Shown one piece after another: positions 26,901-41,019 of a DNA stretch of 64,000 bases. A program made the position numbers and the translations under genes. How positions within the stretch are numbered: the first letter of the stretch is position 1; each line of letters begins with the position of its first letter. Source of the stretch: Octopus vulgaris (Eukaryota); contig OX597840.1 in assembly GCA_951406725.2 (NCBI GenBank), positions 36,084,001 to 36,148,000 on the forward strand. The letters run 5' to 3'. Under the pieces are notes generated by a model, which worked only from the letters and a program-made list of their open reading frames with translations, was not told the DNA's origin and did not search any database.

Positions 26901-29900
26901 CCCCTGAAATACATTGCTCTGAATTACCCACCAACGAATTACATGCCCTGAATTACATGCCCCTGAATTACCTTCCCTGAATTACATACATCTGAATTAC
27001 ATGCCCCTCAATTACCTGCACCTCAATTCCATGCCCCTGAATTACATGCCCCTGAATTACATGCCCCTGAATTACCTGCACCTGAATTACATAAACCTGA
27101 ATTACCTGCGTCTGAATTACCTTGCTCTGAATGACATGCCCCTTAATTACTTAACCCTGAATTACCTGCCCCTGAATTACCTGCCACTAAATTACATGCA
27201 TCTGAATTACCTGCCCCTGAATTACAAACACCTGAATTACATGCACCTGAATGACCTGCCCCTGAATGACATGTCTCTGAATTGTCTATCCCTAAATTAT
27301 CTGCCCCTGAATTACCTGCCCGTGAATGACATACCCCTGAAATGCACCACCTGCCCCTGAATTACATTTTATCTGAATTACATGCCCCTGAATTACCTGC
27401 CCATGAATGACATTCCTATAAATTACCTGTCCCTAAATTACCCCTGAATTACATTCCTCTGAATTACCTGCCGCTGAATTACCTGCCAATGAATGACATT
27501 CCTCTAAATCACCTGCTCCTGAATTACACCTGGATTACCTTCCCCTCAATTACCCGCCCATGAATTACATGACCCTGAATTACCTGCCCCTGAATGAAGT
27601 GCACCTGAATTAAATGCCCCTGAATTATCTGCCCCTGAGTCCCTGAATTACATGCCCGTGAATTACCTGCCCCTAAATTACATGTCCCTCAATTACCTAC
27701 CCATGAATTACATACACCTGAATTACCTGCCCCTAAATTACATGCCCCTGAATACATGCCCCTCAATTACCTGCCCATGAATTACATGCCCCTGAACTAC
27801 CTGCCCCTTAATTACATGTCCCTGAATTATCTGGGATTGACATACCCCTGAACTACCTGAATTACATGCCCCTGAATTACCTGCCCCTGGATTACCTAGC
27901 CCTGAATTACATGCCCCTGAATTACCTGCCTGAATTACATGCCCCTGAATTACATGCCCCTGAATTATACCCCTGAATGAACTGCCCCTGAATTACCTGC
28001 CCTGAATTACCCCTGAATTACATACACCTGAATTACATGCCCCTGAATTACCTGCCCCTGAATTACCCCTGAATTACCTGCCCTGAATTATATACCCCTG
28101 AATTACCTGCCCCTGAATTACATGCCCTGAATTACCTGCCCCTGAATTACATGCCCTGAATTACATGCCCTGAATTACCTGCCCCTGAATTACCTGCCCC
28201 TGAATTACATGCCCCTGCCCTGAATTACCTGCCCCTGAATTACCTGCCCCTGAATTACATACCCCTGAATTACATGCCCCTGAATTACCTGCCCCTGAAT
28301 TACATGCCCCTAAATTACCTGCCCCTGAATTACCTGCCCATGAATTAAATGGCCATGAATTACCTGCCCCTGAACTACCTGCCCCTAAATTACATGACCC
28401 TGAATGACCTGCCCCTGAATGACATGCCTCTGAATTATCTATCCCTAAATTACCAGCCCCTGAATTACCTGCCCATGAATTAAATGGCCATGAATTACCT
28501 GCCCCTGAACTACCTGCCCCTGAATTACCTGCCCCTGAATTACCTGCCCCTGAATTACATGCCCCTGAATTATCTATCCCTAAATTACCAGCCCCTGAAT
28601 TACCTGCCCGTGAATTACATGCCCCTGAATTACCTGCCCCTGAATTACATGCCCCTGAATTACCTGCCCCTGAATTACTGCAGATGAATGACATTCCTCT
28701 GAGTTACCTGTCCCTGAATTACCCCTGAATTACCTGCCCCTGGATTACCTTCCCCTGAATTACATGCCCCTGAATTACATTCCTCTGAATTACCCACCCA
28801 CGAATTACATGCCCCTGAATTACATACCCCTGAATTACCTGCCCCTAAATTACATGCACCTGAATTACATGCCCCTGAATTACATACACTTGAATTACAT
28901 GCCCGTGAATTACCTGCCCGTGAATTACATGCCACTGAATTACCTGCCCCTGAATGACATGCCCCTGAATTACCTGCCCTGAATTACCTGCCCTGAATTA
29001 CCTGCCCCTGAATTACCTGCCCATGAATTACCCTGAATTACCTGCCCCTGAATTACCTGCCCCTGAATTACATGCACTGAATTACCTGCCCCTGAATTAC
29101 CTGCCCCTGAATTACATGCCCTGAATTACCTGTCTCTTAATTACATGAACCTGAATGACCTGCCCAAGAATGACATGCCTCTGAATTATCTATCCCTAAA
29201 TCACCAGACCCTGAATTACCTGCCCTGAATTACATGCCCCTGAATTACATACACCCTGAATTACCTGCCCCTGAATTACATGCCCCTGAATTACCTGCCC
29301 ATGAATGACATTCATCTGAATACCTGCCCTGAATTACGCCTGAATTACCTGCCCCTGAATTACCTGCCCCTGAATTACATGCCCCTGAATTACCCACCCA
29401 CGAATTACATGCCCCTGAATTACATACACCTGAATTACATGCCCCTGAATTACCTGCACCTGAATTACATGCCCCTGAATTACCTGCCCCTGAATGACAT
29501 GCCCCTATAAATTACCTCCCCCTGGATTACCTTCCCCTGAATTACATTGCTGAGTATTACCAGCCCCTGAATTACCTGCCAATGAATGACATTACTCTAA
29601 ATCACCTGCACCTGGATTACCTTCCCCTCAATTACCCGCATGAATTACATGAATTACATGCCCGAATTACCTGCCCCTGAATTAGCTGCCCCTGAATTAC
29701 ATACACCTGAATTACATGCCCTGAATTACCTGCCCCTGAATTACCTGCCCCTGAATTACCTGCCCCTGAATTACCTGCCCCTGAATTACCTGCCCTGAAT
29801 TACCTGCCCCTGAATTACCTGCCCTGAATTACCTGCCCCTGGATTACCTGCCCCTGAATTACCTGCCCCTGAATTACATGCCCTGAATTACCTGCCCCTG

Positions 29901-32872
29901 AATTACATGCCCTGAATTACATGCCCCTGAATTACCTGCCCCTGAATTACCTGCCTGAATTACCTGCATGAAACACCTGAATTACATGCCCTGAATTACC
30001 TGCCTCTTAATTACATGCACCTGAATTACCTGCCCCTGAATGACATGCCTGAATTACATCCCTAAATTACCAGCCCCTGAATTACCTGCCCGTGAATGAC
30101 ATGCCCCTGAAATACCTGCACCTGAATTACCTCCCCTGAATTACCTGCCCTGAATTACATGCTGAATTACCTGCCCCTGAATTACATGCCCTGAATTACA
30201 TTCCCTAAATTACCTGCACCTGAATTACCTGCCCCTGAATTACCTGCCCCTGAATTACCTGCCCCTGAATTACATGCCCCTGAATTACCTGCCCCTGAAT
30301 TACATGCCCCTGAATTACATGCCCCTGAATTACCTGCCCCTGAATTACATACCCCTGAATTACATGCCCCTGAATTACCTGCCCCTGAATTACCTTGCTC
30401 TAAATTACATGCCTCTTAATTATTTAACCCTGGATTACCTGCCCCTGAATTACCTTCCCCTGAATTACATGCCCCCCCTGAATTACCTGCCCCTGAATTA
30501 CATGCATCTGAATTGCCTGCCCCTGAATTACAAACACCTGAATTACCTGCCTCTTAATTACATGCACCTGAATGAATGACATGCCTCTGAATTATTTATC
30601 CCTAAATTACCTGCCCCTGAATTACCTTTCATCTGAATTACATGCCCCTGAATTACATACCCCTGAATTACATGCCCCTGAATTACCTGCCCCTGAATTA
30701 CCTGCCCATGAATGACATTCCTATAAATTACCTAATTACCTTCCCCTGAATTACATTCCTCTGAATACCTGCCCCTGAATTACCTGCCAATGAATGACAT
30801 TACTCTAAATCTGCACCTGGATTACCTTCCCTGAATTACCAGCCCATGAATTACATGCCCCTGAATTACCTTCCCTGAATGACATGTCCCTGAATTACCT
30901 GCCCATGAATTACATGCACCTGAATTACAAACACCTGAATTACATGCCCGTGAATTACCTGCCCCTAAATTACATGCCCTTCAATTACCTGCCCATGAAT
31001 TACCTTCCCCTGAATAACATACATCTGAATTACCTAACCCTGAATTACATACCCCTGAAGTACTTGCCCCTAAATTACATGCATCTGAATTACCTGCCGC
31101 TGAATTGCAAACATCTGAATTACATGGCCCTCAATTAGATGCCTCTTAATTACAAGCCACTGAATTACATACCCCTGAATTACCTGCCCATGAATGACAT
31201 TCCTCTAAATTACCTGCCCCTGGATTACCTTCCCCTGGATTACCTAACCCTGAATTACCTGCCCCTGAATGACAATCCTCTGAATTACCCACCCATGAAT
31301 TACATGCCCCTGAATTACATACACCTGAATTACCTGCCCCTGAATTACCTGCCCATGAATTACATGCCCCTGAATTACATGCCCCTGGATTACCTGCCCC
31401 TGAATTTACCTACATCTGAATTACATGCCCCTGAATTACCTAACCCTAAATAACCTGACCCTGAATTACCTGCCCCTGAATTACCTGCCCCTCAATTACC
31501 TGCCCCTGAATTACATGCCCCTGAATTACATGCCCCTGAATTACCTGCCCCTGAATTACACCTGAATTACCTGCCCCTGAATGACATGCCCCTGAATTAC
31601 CTGCCCCTGAATTACCTAACCCTGAATTACCTGCCCCTGAATTACCTGCCCTGAATGAATGACAATCCTATAAATTACCTGCCCCTGAATTACCTTTCAT
31701 CTGAATTACCTGCCAATGAATGACATTCCTCTAAATCACCTGCACCTGGATTACCTTCCCCTCAATTACATGCCCCTGAATTACATGCCCCTGAATTATC
31801 TGCCCCTGAGTCCCTGAATAACCTGCACCTGAATTACCTGCCCCTCAATTACATACACCTGAATTACATGCCCGTGAATTACATGCCCCTAAATTACATG
31901 CCCCTGAATTACCTGCCCCTGAATTACATACACCTGAATTACATGCCCCTGAATTACCTGCCCCTGAATTACATGCCCTGAACTATCTGCCCCTCAATTA
32001 CCTGCCCCTGAACTACCTGCCCTTTAATTACATGCCCCTGAATTACCTGCCCCTGAATTACATACACTGAATTACCTGCCCCTGAATTACATACCCCTGA
32101 ATACCTGCCCCTAAATTACATGCATCTGAATTACCTGCCCCTGAATTACACCTGAATTACCTGCCCTCAATTACATGCCTCTTAATTACATGCCCCTGAA
32201 TGACATGCCTCTGAATTATCTATCCCTAAATTACCTTCCCCTGAATTACATGCCCCTGAATTACCTTTCATCTGAATTACATGCCCCTGAATTACCTAAC
32301 CCTGAATTACCTGCCCCTGAATGACATTCCTATAAATTACCTGTCCCTGAATTTACCCCTGAATTACCTGCCCCTGGATTACCTTCCCCTAAATTACATG
32401 CCCCTGAATTACATACACCTGAATTATATGCCCCTCAATTACCTGCACCTCAATTACATGCCCCTGAATTACACATACATATGAATTACATGCCCCTGAA
32501 TTACCTGCACCTGAATTACATATACCTGAATTACCTGCCCCTGAATTACATGCCCCTCAATTAAATGCCCCTGAATTACCTTGCTCTGAATTACATGCCC
32601 CTTACTTAACCCTGAATTACCTGCCCCTGAATAACCTACACACCTGAATAACCTGACCCTGAATTACATACCCCTGAATTACATGCCCCTCAATTACCTG
32701 CCCGTGAATTACATGGCCCTGAATTACATGTCCCTGAATTTCCTGCCCCTTAATTACATGCCCCTGAATTACCTGTCCCTGAAATACATGCACCTGGATT
32801 ACCTGCCCCTGAATTTCCTGCGCCTGGATTACCTGCCTTGAATTACCTTCCCTGAATTACATGTCCCTGAAT
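23935..32872. repeat. 15-bp satellite, consensus CCCCTGAATTAC(C/A)TG, about 8.9 kb
   Basis: Roughly 600 tandem units directly visible. Confidence 0.98.
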
Positions 32873-32885
32873 GTATGAATATCTA

Positions 32886-33268
32886 TGTATGGACGCATGA
32901 TGTGTGGACGAGGCTTGTGTGTATGGACGCATGTGTGAACGAGGCTTGTTTGTATGGACGCAAGATATGTGAACGAGGCATATTTGTATGGACGCATGAT
33001 GTGTGAACGAGGCTTGTTTGTATGAACGCATGATGTGTGAACGAGGCTTGGTTGTTTGGACGCATGATGTGTGAACGAGGCTTGTTTGAATGGACGCATG
33101 ATGTGTGAACGAGGTGTGTATGAGTGGACGCATGATGTGTGAACGTGGCTTGTTTGTATGGACGCATGATGTGTGAAAGAGGCTTGTTTGTATGGACGCA
33201 TGATGTGTGAACGAGGCATGTTTGTATGGACGCATGATGTGTGAACGAGGCATGTTTGTATGGACGCA
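32886..33268. repeat. 34-bp satellite TGGACGCATGATGTGTGAACGAGGCTTGTTTGTA
   Basis: About 11 units. Confidence 0.95.
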
Positions 33269-33486
33269 ACAATCTTGGATATGGGTGGACTGTCCTCACA
33301 CACGCACAAACACCCACACGTCAAATAAATATTGACCAGCTGATCATTTACATTTCACTACACCCCACAAATATATAAAGTAATAATGTTATCTAGTACT
33401 ACTCTTCGGACATAATCAAGTTTCATTTTTGTTTTAGATTATATATATATGCGTGTGTGGGTATATATACGTATATCTGTATGTGT

Positions 33487-33523
<37 letters not shown>

Positions 33524-33649
33524 CTGGAGCGCCGCCTTTAATCGAGTACATCGTCCGCAGCACATATTCTTTGTAAGCCTAGTATTTATTCTAACTTATT
33601 CTCTTGTGCCAAACCGCTAAAATACAGGGAGTAAACACACCTGTATCGG

Positions 33650-33902
33650 TTAAAACATCAACAACTACAGTCAATCGAAGATAATGACCAAACTGTCTAC
33701 TCTTATCCACCAGTTCCAACACGGTTTAACAAACAAGGAGACAAATTGCTTGACTAGATTTCACTGCAAAGCCAGTAACATCTATGGACTTCCCAAAATC
33801 TACAAAAGTTAAGCCATAAACAAAACCTGTAACAAGTTAACTTCTATAGTCATAAATATTCCACACCCGAGAGATCTCCGAATGAGGCCAATTATGGCCG
33901 AT
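33650..33902 (+). mobile_element. Penelope-like element RT N-terminal fragment
   Basis: IMTKLSTLIHQFQHGLTNKETNCL...NIYGLPKIYKS*...PRDLRMRPIMA (YGLPKIHK and RPI motifs). Confidence 0.75.
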
Positions 33903-34719
33903 CAAGGTATGTATATACGGGGTGCTTAACACTCGCAAATCTGAAGTCGCTAAAGGTGCAATAAATTGAACTTCTTTTCATTTAGAAATTAGGGATATAC
34001 AAATGTGGGTATCTTAGAGATGCTTAAAGTGTTTGTTGTAGCTGTAATTGTCGCACACACACAAACGAATAAAAACACAGAGAGGCTCACACACACTTAC
34101 ACACAGAAATAAAATCATTCACACATACACAAACACTGAAATGAAAACAGTTACATACCTACACACGCACAAACACACACACACATATAGCAACGAAAAA
34201 GACACAATTACACATCCAAACTCTCACACACTCACATACGCACAAACACACACAGAAATGAAAACGCAGTAACTTATCGGTTCTGCAAAAGAGACCTATA
34301 CATTAAGTAATAGGCTTACAAATAATAATTCCTGTGGTTGATTTGCTTCACTAAAGGCGGTGCTCCACCATGGTCACAGTGAATTAACTGAAAGAGTCTA
34401 AGAGCGACAAAGTGTATATTACGATAACTACATACTTAAGGGAGATAACTACACAGTATCTTCTAACAGTTACTTCCCTTGAATATTATATTTTAACAAT
34501 AATAAAATTATATTTTAGGAAATTAACTCTCGGAAGGGAGATAACTAGATAACATCTTCCAGAGTTACTTTCCGTAAATGTAATTTAATTACTTTCGTTA
34601 AATTATAATATGCGAGGGAAGTAACTCTCAATTATATTATTCAGATATGACACACTTTTACGATTTTTTGGAGTTTAACTGCTCTCTCTAGTGAGTCGGA
34701 TGTCCCATTATGGCCATCC

Positions 34720-34758
<39 letters not shown>

Positions 34759-34769
34759 CATATCTCCTA

Positions 34770-34826
<57 letters not shown>

Positions 34827-35023
34827 TAAACAAACACTGAAAAAAACTACTCAGACACACACACTCACATACGCACAAACACAAACACACAAATAAAAAA
34901 TACAGATACATATTCACACTCAAACACGCGGTCAAACACAGAAATTAGAACAGTTACATACGTACACATGCACAAACACACAGACACACACAAATAGAAA
35001 TGAAAAATACAGTTACACACTCA

Positions 35024-35170
35024 CTAACCCTGAATTACATGCCCCTGAATTACATGCCCCTGAAGTACCTGCTCCTCAATTACATGCCCCTTAATTACCT
35101 GCCCCTGAATTACCGTCCCATGAATTACGTGCCCCTGAATTACCTGTCCCTGAATTAAAAGCCCCTGAAT
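35024..35170. repeat. Second, short array of the 15-bp satellite
   Basis: About 10 units; starts with ctaaccc. Confidence 0.95.
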
Positions 35171-35183
35171 GTATGAAAATCTA

Positions 35184-36604
35184 TGTATGGACGCATGTGT
35201 GAACGAGGGTTGTGTGTATGAACGCATGATGTGTGAACGAAGCTTGTTTGTATGGACGAATGATGTGTGAACGAAGCTTGTTTGTATGGACGAATGATGT
35301 GTGAACGAGGCTTGTTTGTATGGACGCATGATGTGAACGAGGCATATTTGTATGGACGAATGATGTGTGAACGAGGCTTGTTTGTATGGACGCATGATGT
35401 GTGAACGAGGCTTGTTTGTATTGACGCATGTGTGAACGAGGCTTGTTTGTATAGACACATGACGGGTGAACGAGGCTTGTTTGTATGGACGCATTACGGG
35501 TGAACGAGGATTGTTTCTATGGACGCATGACGGGTGAACGAGGATTGTTTGTATGGACGCATGACGGGTGAACGAGGCTTGTTTGTATAGACGCATGTGT
35601 GAACGAGGCTTGTTTGTATAGACGCATGACGGGTGAACGAGGCTTGTTTGTATAGACGCATGACGGGTGAACGAGGCTTGTTTGTATAGACGCATGATGT
35701 GTGAACGAGGCTTGTTTTGTATGGAAGCATGATGTGTGAACGAGGCTTGTTTGTATGGACGCATGACGTGTAAACGAGGCTTGTTTGTATGGACGCATGA
35801 CGTGTGAACGAGGCTTGTTTGAATGGACGCATGACGGGTGAACAAGGCTTGTTTGTATGGACGCATGACGGGTGAACGAGGCTTGTTTGTATAGACGCAT
35901 GACGGGTGAACGAGGCTTGTTTGTATGGACGCATGACGGGTGAACGAGGCTTGTTTGTATGGACGCATGATGTGTTAACGAGGCTTGTTTGTATGGACGC
36001 ATGTGTGAACGAGGCTCGTTTGTATAGACGCATGACGTGTGAACGAGGCTTGTTTGTATTGACGCATGACGGGTGAACGAGACTTGTTTGTATGGACGCA
36101 TGACGGGTGAACGAGGATTGTTTGTATGGACGCATGACGGGTGAACGAGGATTGTTTGTATGGACGCATGACGGGTGAACGAGGCTTGTTTGTATGGACG
36201 CATGACGGGTGAACGAGGCTTGTTTGTATGGACGCATGACGAGTGAACGAGGCTTGTTTGTATGGACGCATGACGGGTGAACGAGGCTTGTTTGTATGGA
36301 CGCATGACGGGTGAACGAGGCTTGTTTGTATGGACGCATGACGGGTGAACGAGGCTTGTTTGTATAGACGCATGACGGGTGAACGAGGCTTGTTTGTATG
36401 GACGAACATGGACGCATGATGTGTGAACGAGGCTTGTTTGTATGGACGCATGATGTGTGAACGAGGCTTGTTTGTATGGACGCATGATGGGTAACCGAGG
36501 CTTGTTTGTGTGGACGCATGACGAGTGAACGAGGCTTGTTTGTATGGACGCATGATGTGTGAACGAGGCTTGTTTCCATGGACGCATGATGTGTGAACGA
36601 GGCT
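35184..36604. repeat. 34-bp satellite, second array (about 42 units)
   Basis: Directly visible; gatgtg/gacggg variants. Confidence 0.97.
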
Positions 36605-36663
36605 AACCCCAACCCTAACCCCGACCCTGAAACTAACCCTAACCCAACCCAACCCAACCCCAA
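36603..36663 (-). repeat. Degenerate interstitial telomeric tract
   Basis: ctaaccccaaccctaaccccgaccctgaaactaaccctaaccc... Confidence 0.85.
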
Positions 36664-36764
36664 TCGTAATGTAATTACATGTAAGGGAAGTAACTGTGGA
36701 AAATCTTGTACCTATTTCCCTTTCTAGAGTCACTTCCCTAGAATATATAATTTAATAGATAATA

Positions 36765-37099
36765 GGCGCAGCAGTGGTAAGTAGCTTGCTAACCAACCAC
36801 ATAGTTCCGGGTTCAGTCCAATTGCGTGGCATCTTGGGCAAGTGTCTCCTGCTATAGCCCCGGGCCGACCAATGCCTTGTTAGTGGATTTGGTAGACGGA
36901 AACTGAAGGAAGCCTGTCGTATGTATATGTATATGTGTGTGTGTTTGTCCCCCTAGCATCGCTTGACAACCGATGCTGGTGTATTTAGGTCCCCGTCACT
37001 TAGCGGTTCGACAAAAAGAGACCGATAGAATAAGTACTAAAAGGTGGTGCTCCAGCATGGCCGCAGTCAAATGACTGAAACAAGTATAAGAGTAAAAGT
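36765..37099 (+). mobile_element. SINE family A inserted in ~105-bp repeat units
   Basis: Head to tail with internal deletions. Confidence 0.9.
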
Positions 37100-37194
37100 A
37101 ATTTAATTAGATATAAGGGAACTCGGGAAGATTTTAGAGTTATCTTCCTTCGTATAGTTACTTACCTTCACGTTATAAGTTAATAATAATATAG

Positions 37195-38425
37195 AAGGGG
37201 AGTAACTCTAGAAAGGGAGATAACTAAAAAATCTTTCAGAGTCACCTCCCTTACATCTAATTAAATAACTATTATGTATTATTAAATTGTAAAGTTCAAT
37301 GGGGGTAACTCTACAAAGGGGGATAACTTTAAAAATCTTCAAAAGTTACCTCCCTTACATTTAAATACATGACTATTATCAAAATGTATTATGGAAGCTA
37401 ATTAACTCTACAATATAATGTTCAGATGTACCGCATACACTTTTACTCTTTTCCTTGTTTAGTCATTTCACTGTGCCACTGCTAGAGCACAGCCTTTTCT
37501 AGAGCAAATCGACACTAGGACTTTTATCTACGTCAGTCTAGTATTTATTCTGTTGGTCTTCTTTTCCCGAACGGATAAGTTAATGGAGTGTAAAAAACAC
37601 CGGCATTGGTTGTCAAGCGGTTTTGGGGACACCGAAACATACACACATATACATATATATAAATATCTATATGTATATACATGTTTCTCTCTATATATAT
37701 ATATATTGCAAAAACAATACTGCTGTCTTTAGTGTTCCCACTGATATTGACGTAAGAGAAGCGAACGAAGTTGACTCCCAACACAAAATTGCAGACAACC
37801 TTCACTCCCACTGACATCGTAGCAGCAATAAATGAGGTCAAATACTACTCTGCTGTAGGCCCTGATAGGATTCCCCGTTAGTCTCCTGAAGGAATGTAAA
37901 CACCAACTTGCAGTCCCACTGACCAACCTCTGGAGAAATTCGTTACATGCAGGTTATATACCAAAACAGTTTCTATCCCAGTCAGTCATCCCGGTTTTCA
38001 AACAGGGAAACAGATCCCTCGCACTCAACTATCGCCCAATCTCACTCACCTCCCACATCATCAGAGTGTTTGAAAGAGTGTTAAGATCAAGGATGGCTGA
38101 CTTCCTGGAGACCCACAAACTCCTAAATGCAAAACAGCATGGCTTTCGCTGTGGCAGGGACTGTCTAACACAGCTCTTACACCACATTGAAGTTCTACAC
38201 TGGATCAAGTATTTCCTGGCGAATACAACACATGTTGTAGTTGATGGAGTCCACTCAAGCCCAGCAAAAGTCACCACCAGCGGTGACCCCCAGGGGACTG
38301 TCTTGGGTCCGCTACTCTTCATAATCTACATAAACGACCTTTCCAGTGTCGTACATTACTGCAAAGTGAAAATATTTGCTGATGACACCAAGCTCCAGTA
38401 AATCGTCAATGAAGAAGCAGACCGA
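37195..38425 (+). repeat. Segmental duplication of about 20917-22266 (105-bp unit + old SINE + CR1)
   Basis: Colinear, with the same SINE/(TA)n/CR1 junction. Confidence 0.9.
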
Positions 38426-39371
38426 ACTCAACTCCAGTCTGATCTATATGCTGTGAGTCAATGGGCAAACAGAAACAAAATACAACTAAACGAGGGAAAA
38501 TTTGAGCTGATGCATTTTGGAAGAAACTCCTCACTAAAACAGCCATACTCTCTTCCTTCAGGGGAACCGCTCACAGACTAACAATATCAGAGAACTGGGT
38601 GTAATTGTTGATGACCATCACAGTTGGAGTGCACACATCAACAAGAAGGTCGATATAGCTCGTAGGATGAGTTCCTGGATCTTAAGAACTTTCCGGTCCA
38701 GAGAACAAGGTGTCATCATACCACTTTTTTCCTCCTTTGTACGGCCACACCTTGAATACTGCTGCCCACTGTGGTCTCCTCAAACAAGACTAAACATCTC
38801 CAGAATTGAGTCACCCCAGAGGGCACTCACTAAACGAATTGAAGGCATGGCTGCTCTCGATTATTGGGATTGCCTTAAAGCCTTGAAACTTTACTCCCTC
38901 CAGCGTGAGCGGTACATCATTTGTACGATGTGGAAAATATACCGCCAACTATGCCCAAACGACCTAAACATTAGCTTCAAGGTTCATCCAAGACTTGGAC
39001 CACGGGCTATACGTCCCCTGCCCAATTCAAGATCACAACATACATGTACACTGCAACATAATTTCTTTTCCTCAACAGGCCCTGCCCTATTTAACATTGT
39101 CTCGAGAGAGATCAAAGAGGAAAAGGATCCCATCAACTTTAAACAGAGTCTGGATAGATTCCTTCAAAGAATACCAGATAAGCCACCCATAATTGGATAC
39201 AAGTCACACAACAAGAACTCACTACTTGAACAAAACTGGATACAACTCACCCAACAAGAACTCACTACTTGAACAAAACTTGACTTAAACAGGATTCGAA
39301 TAATCCTATCAGGTGGTGCTATTAAGTTAGACATGTCCTGGACCAATCTTTGGTCGAAACATATCTAAGTT
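37706..39371 (+). mobile_element. CR1-group LINE 3' portion (RT, C-terminus, 3' UTR)
   Basis: GDPQGTVLGPLLF, FADDTK, VRPHLEYCCPLWSP (ORF 38667-39272); terminal stem-loop, then TA tract. Confidence 0.9.
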
Positions 39372-39550
39372 TATATATATCTGATATATCTTTATAAATA
39401 TATATATATATATATATACCAATCTATCTTCTTCGAGCACATCGTCAGCAGCACTTATTCTTTCTAAGCCTAGTATTTATTCTAACTTATTCTTTTCTGC
39501 CGAGCCGCTGAAATACAGGGCGAAAAACACACCAGCATCGTTTGAAAAAT

Positions 39551-39845
39551 CTACTATAGCCCCGAGCCGACCAAAGCTTTGTGATTGGATTTGGTGGAAG
39601 GAAACTGGAAAACTCCAGTCATATATATGTTTATGTGTGCGTGTGTGTCTTTGTTCCCAAACATTGCTACACAACGGATATTAGTCTGTTTACGTCCCCA
39701 TAACTTAGAGGTTCAGCGAAAGAGACTGATAGAATAAGCACTAGGCCTACAATGAATAAGTCCTGGGGTCGGTATGCTCGACTAAAGGTCGTGCTCCAAC
39801 ATGGCCACAGTCAAATGACTGAAACAAATGAGAGTAAAAGAGTAA
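39551..39845 (+). mobile_element. Diverged SINE family A, 5'-truncated
   Basis: Core and tail recognisable. Confidence 0.8.
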
Positions 39846-41019
39846 ATAACGAGAAAAGTCCATGTTCACTAGGGAGATAGCAGAAAATATCTCCTAGAGT
39901 TACTTCCCTAACGTCATATAATACGTTTCATGTTGTAATATCTGTAATAAAGTAATAATGACACTCGAAGGGCACACGAGAATGCATTCACGTACTATCA
40001 CACATGTAGATGCAAGTTTTCTTAATAAAACGGAAAGAACTCACATTCCATCCCTTAGCTTCTTTTTTGTTTTAGACACTACATATACGTGCGTGGGTAT
40101 ATACACGTATATCTGTATGTGTATGTCTGGGTAAAACAGACTTTCGCGGTTGGGTCACAGCCGATGCGACAACCTTGGGTATGTGTGGACTGTGCTCACA
40201 CACGAACAAATACCCACACTTCCGCACTCATGCACATAGATACATGCAAAGCTATTTTATGTTTTCAATAAGTTGTGCCCTTCGAGTGCGAACAAACGCA
40301 CACACACACACGCACACATTTAAACATATATACGATGGTATTTTATCAGTTTCCTTCCACTAAATCCAATCACAAGGATTAGGTCGGCCTTGGGGTACAG
40401 TAGTGCTTGTTGTAGCTGTAATTGTCGCACAAACAAACGAATAAAAACACAGTCGCTCACACACACGTACACACAAAAATAAAAACATTCACACAAACAC
40501 AGACACTTAAATGAAAATAGCAACACACACACATATAAAAAGTCCCACGCACACAAACACTGAAAAAAAAATTCTCACAAAAACACTCACATACACACAA
40601 AGACAAACACAAATAAAAATACAGATACATATTCACACACTCAAACACGCGGACAAACACAGAAATGAAAACAGTTACATACCTACACATGCACAAACAC
40701 AGACACACACAAATACAAATGGAAAATACGGTAACACATCCAAACTCTCACACACTAACATACGCACAAACACACACACAAACATAAGCACCCACACACA
40801 GAAATGAAAACGCAGTTACACACTCACACATAAAACCCTAACCGTAACTAGCACAAACATACAATTTATTCAGAATGTAGAGGGGCATTGGGTGCTTTGC
40901 ACTCGCAGTTAGAATATCAACTCCCTCCACGCCTATATTAGAATTTCTGTCATCCACTTGTGAAATTAATACATTGACGACACATGGGAAAAATATGAGC
41001 AACATCTGAAGCCACTAAA

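Noticed and set aside
23941-32484. ORFs encoding (LNYLP/LNYMP)n pentapeptide repeats
   Set aside because: By-product of a 15-bp unit; frequent indels break the frame; no unique termini
33878-33905. ccgaatga-ggcca-atta-tggcc-gatc as a hammerhead
   Set aside because: Lacks GAAA and stems I/III; explained as the Penelope RT codons LRMRPIMA
35024-36733. 250-390 aa minus-strand ORFs, and a superficial CRISPR-like look of the 34-bp repeats
   Set aside because: The unit lacks stops on that strand; repeats are contiguous with no spacers, no cas genes, and the context is eukaryotic
39335-39362. ctg-gacca...tggtc-gaaac as a hammerhead
   Set aside because: Missing the ANGA part of the core; treated as a LINE 3' stem-loop
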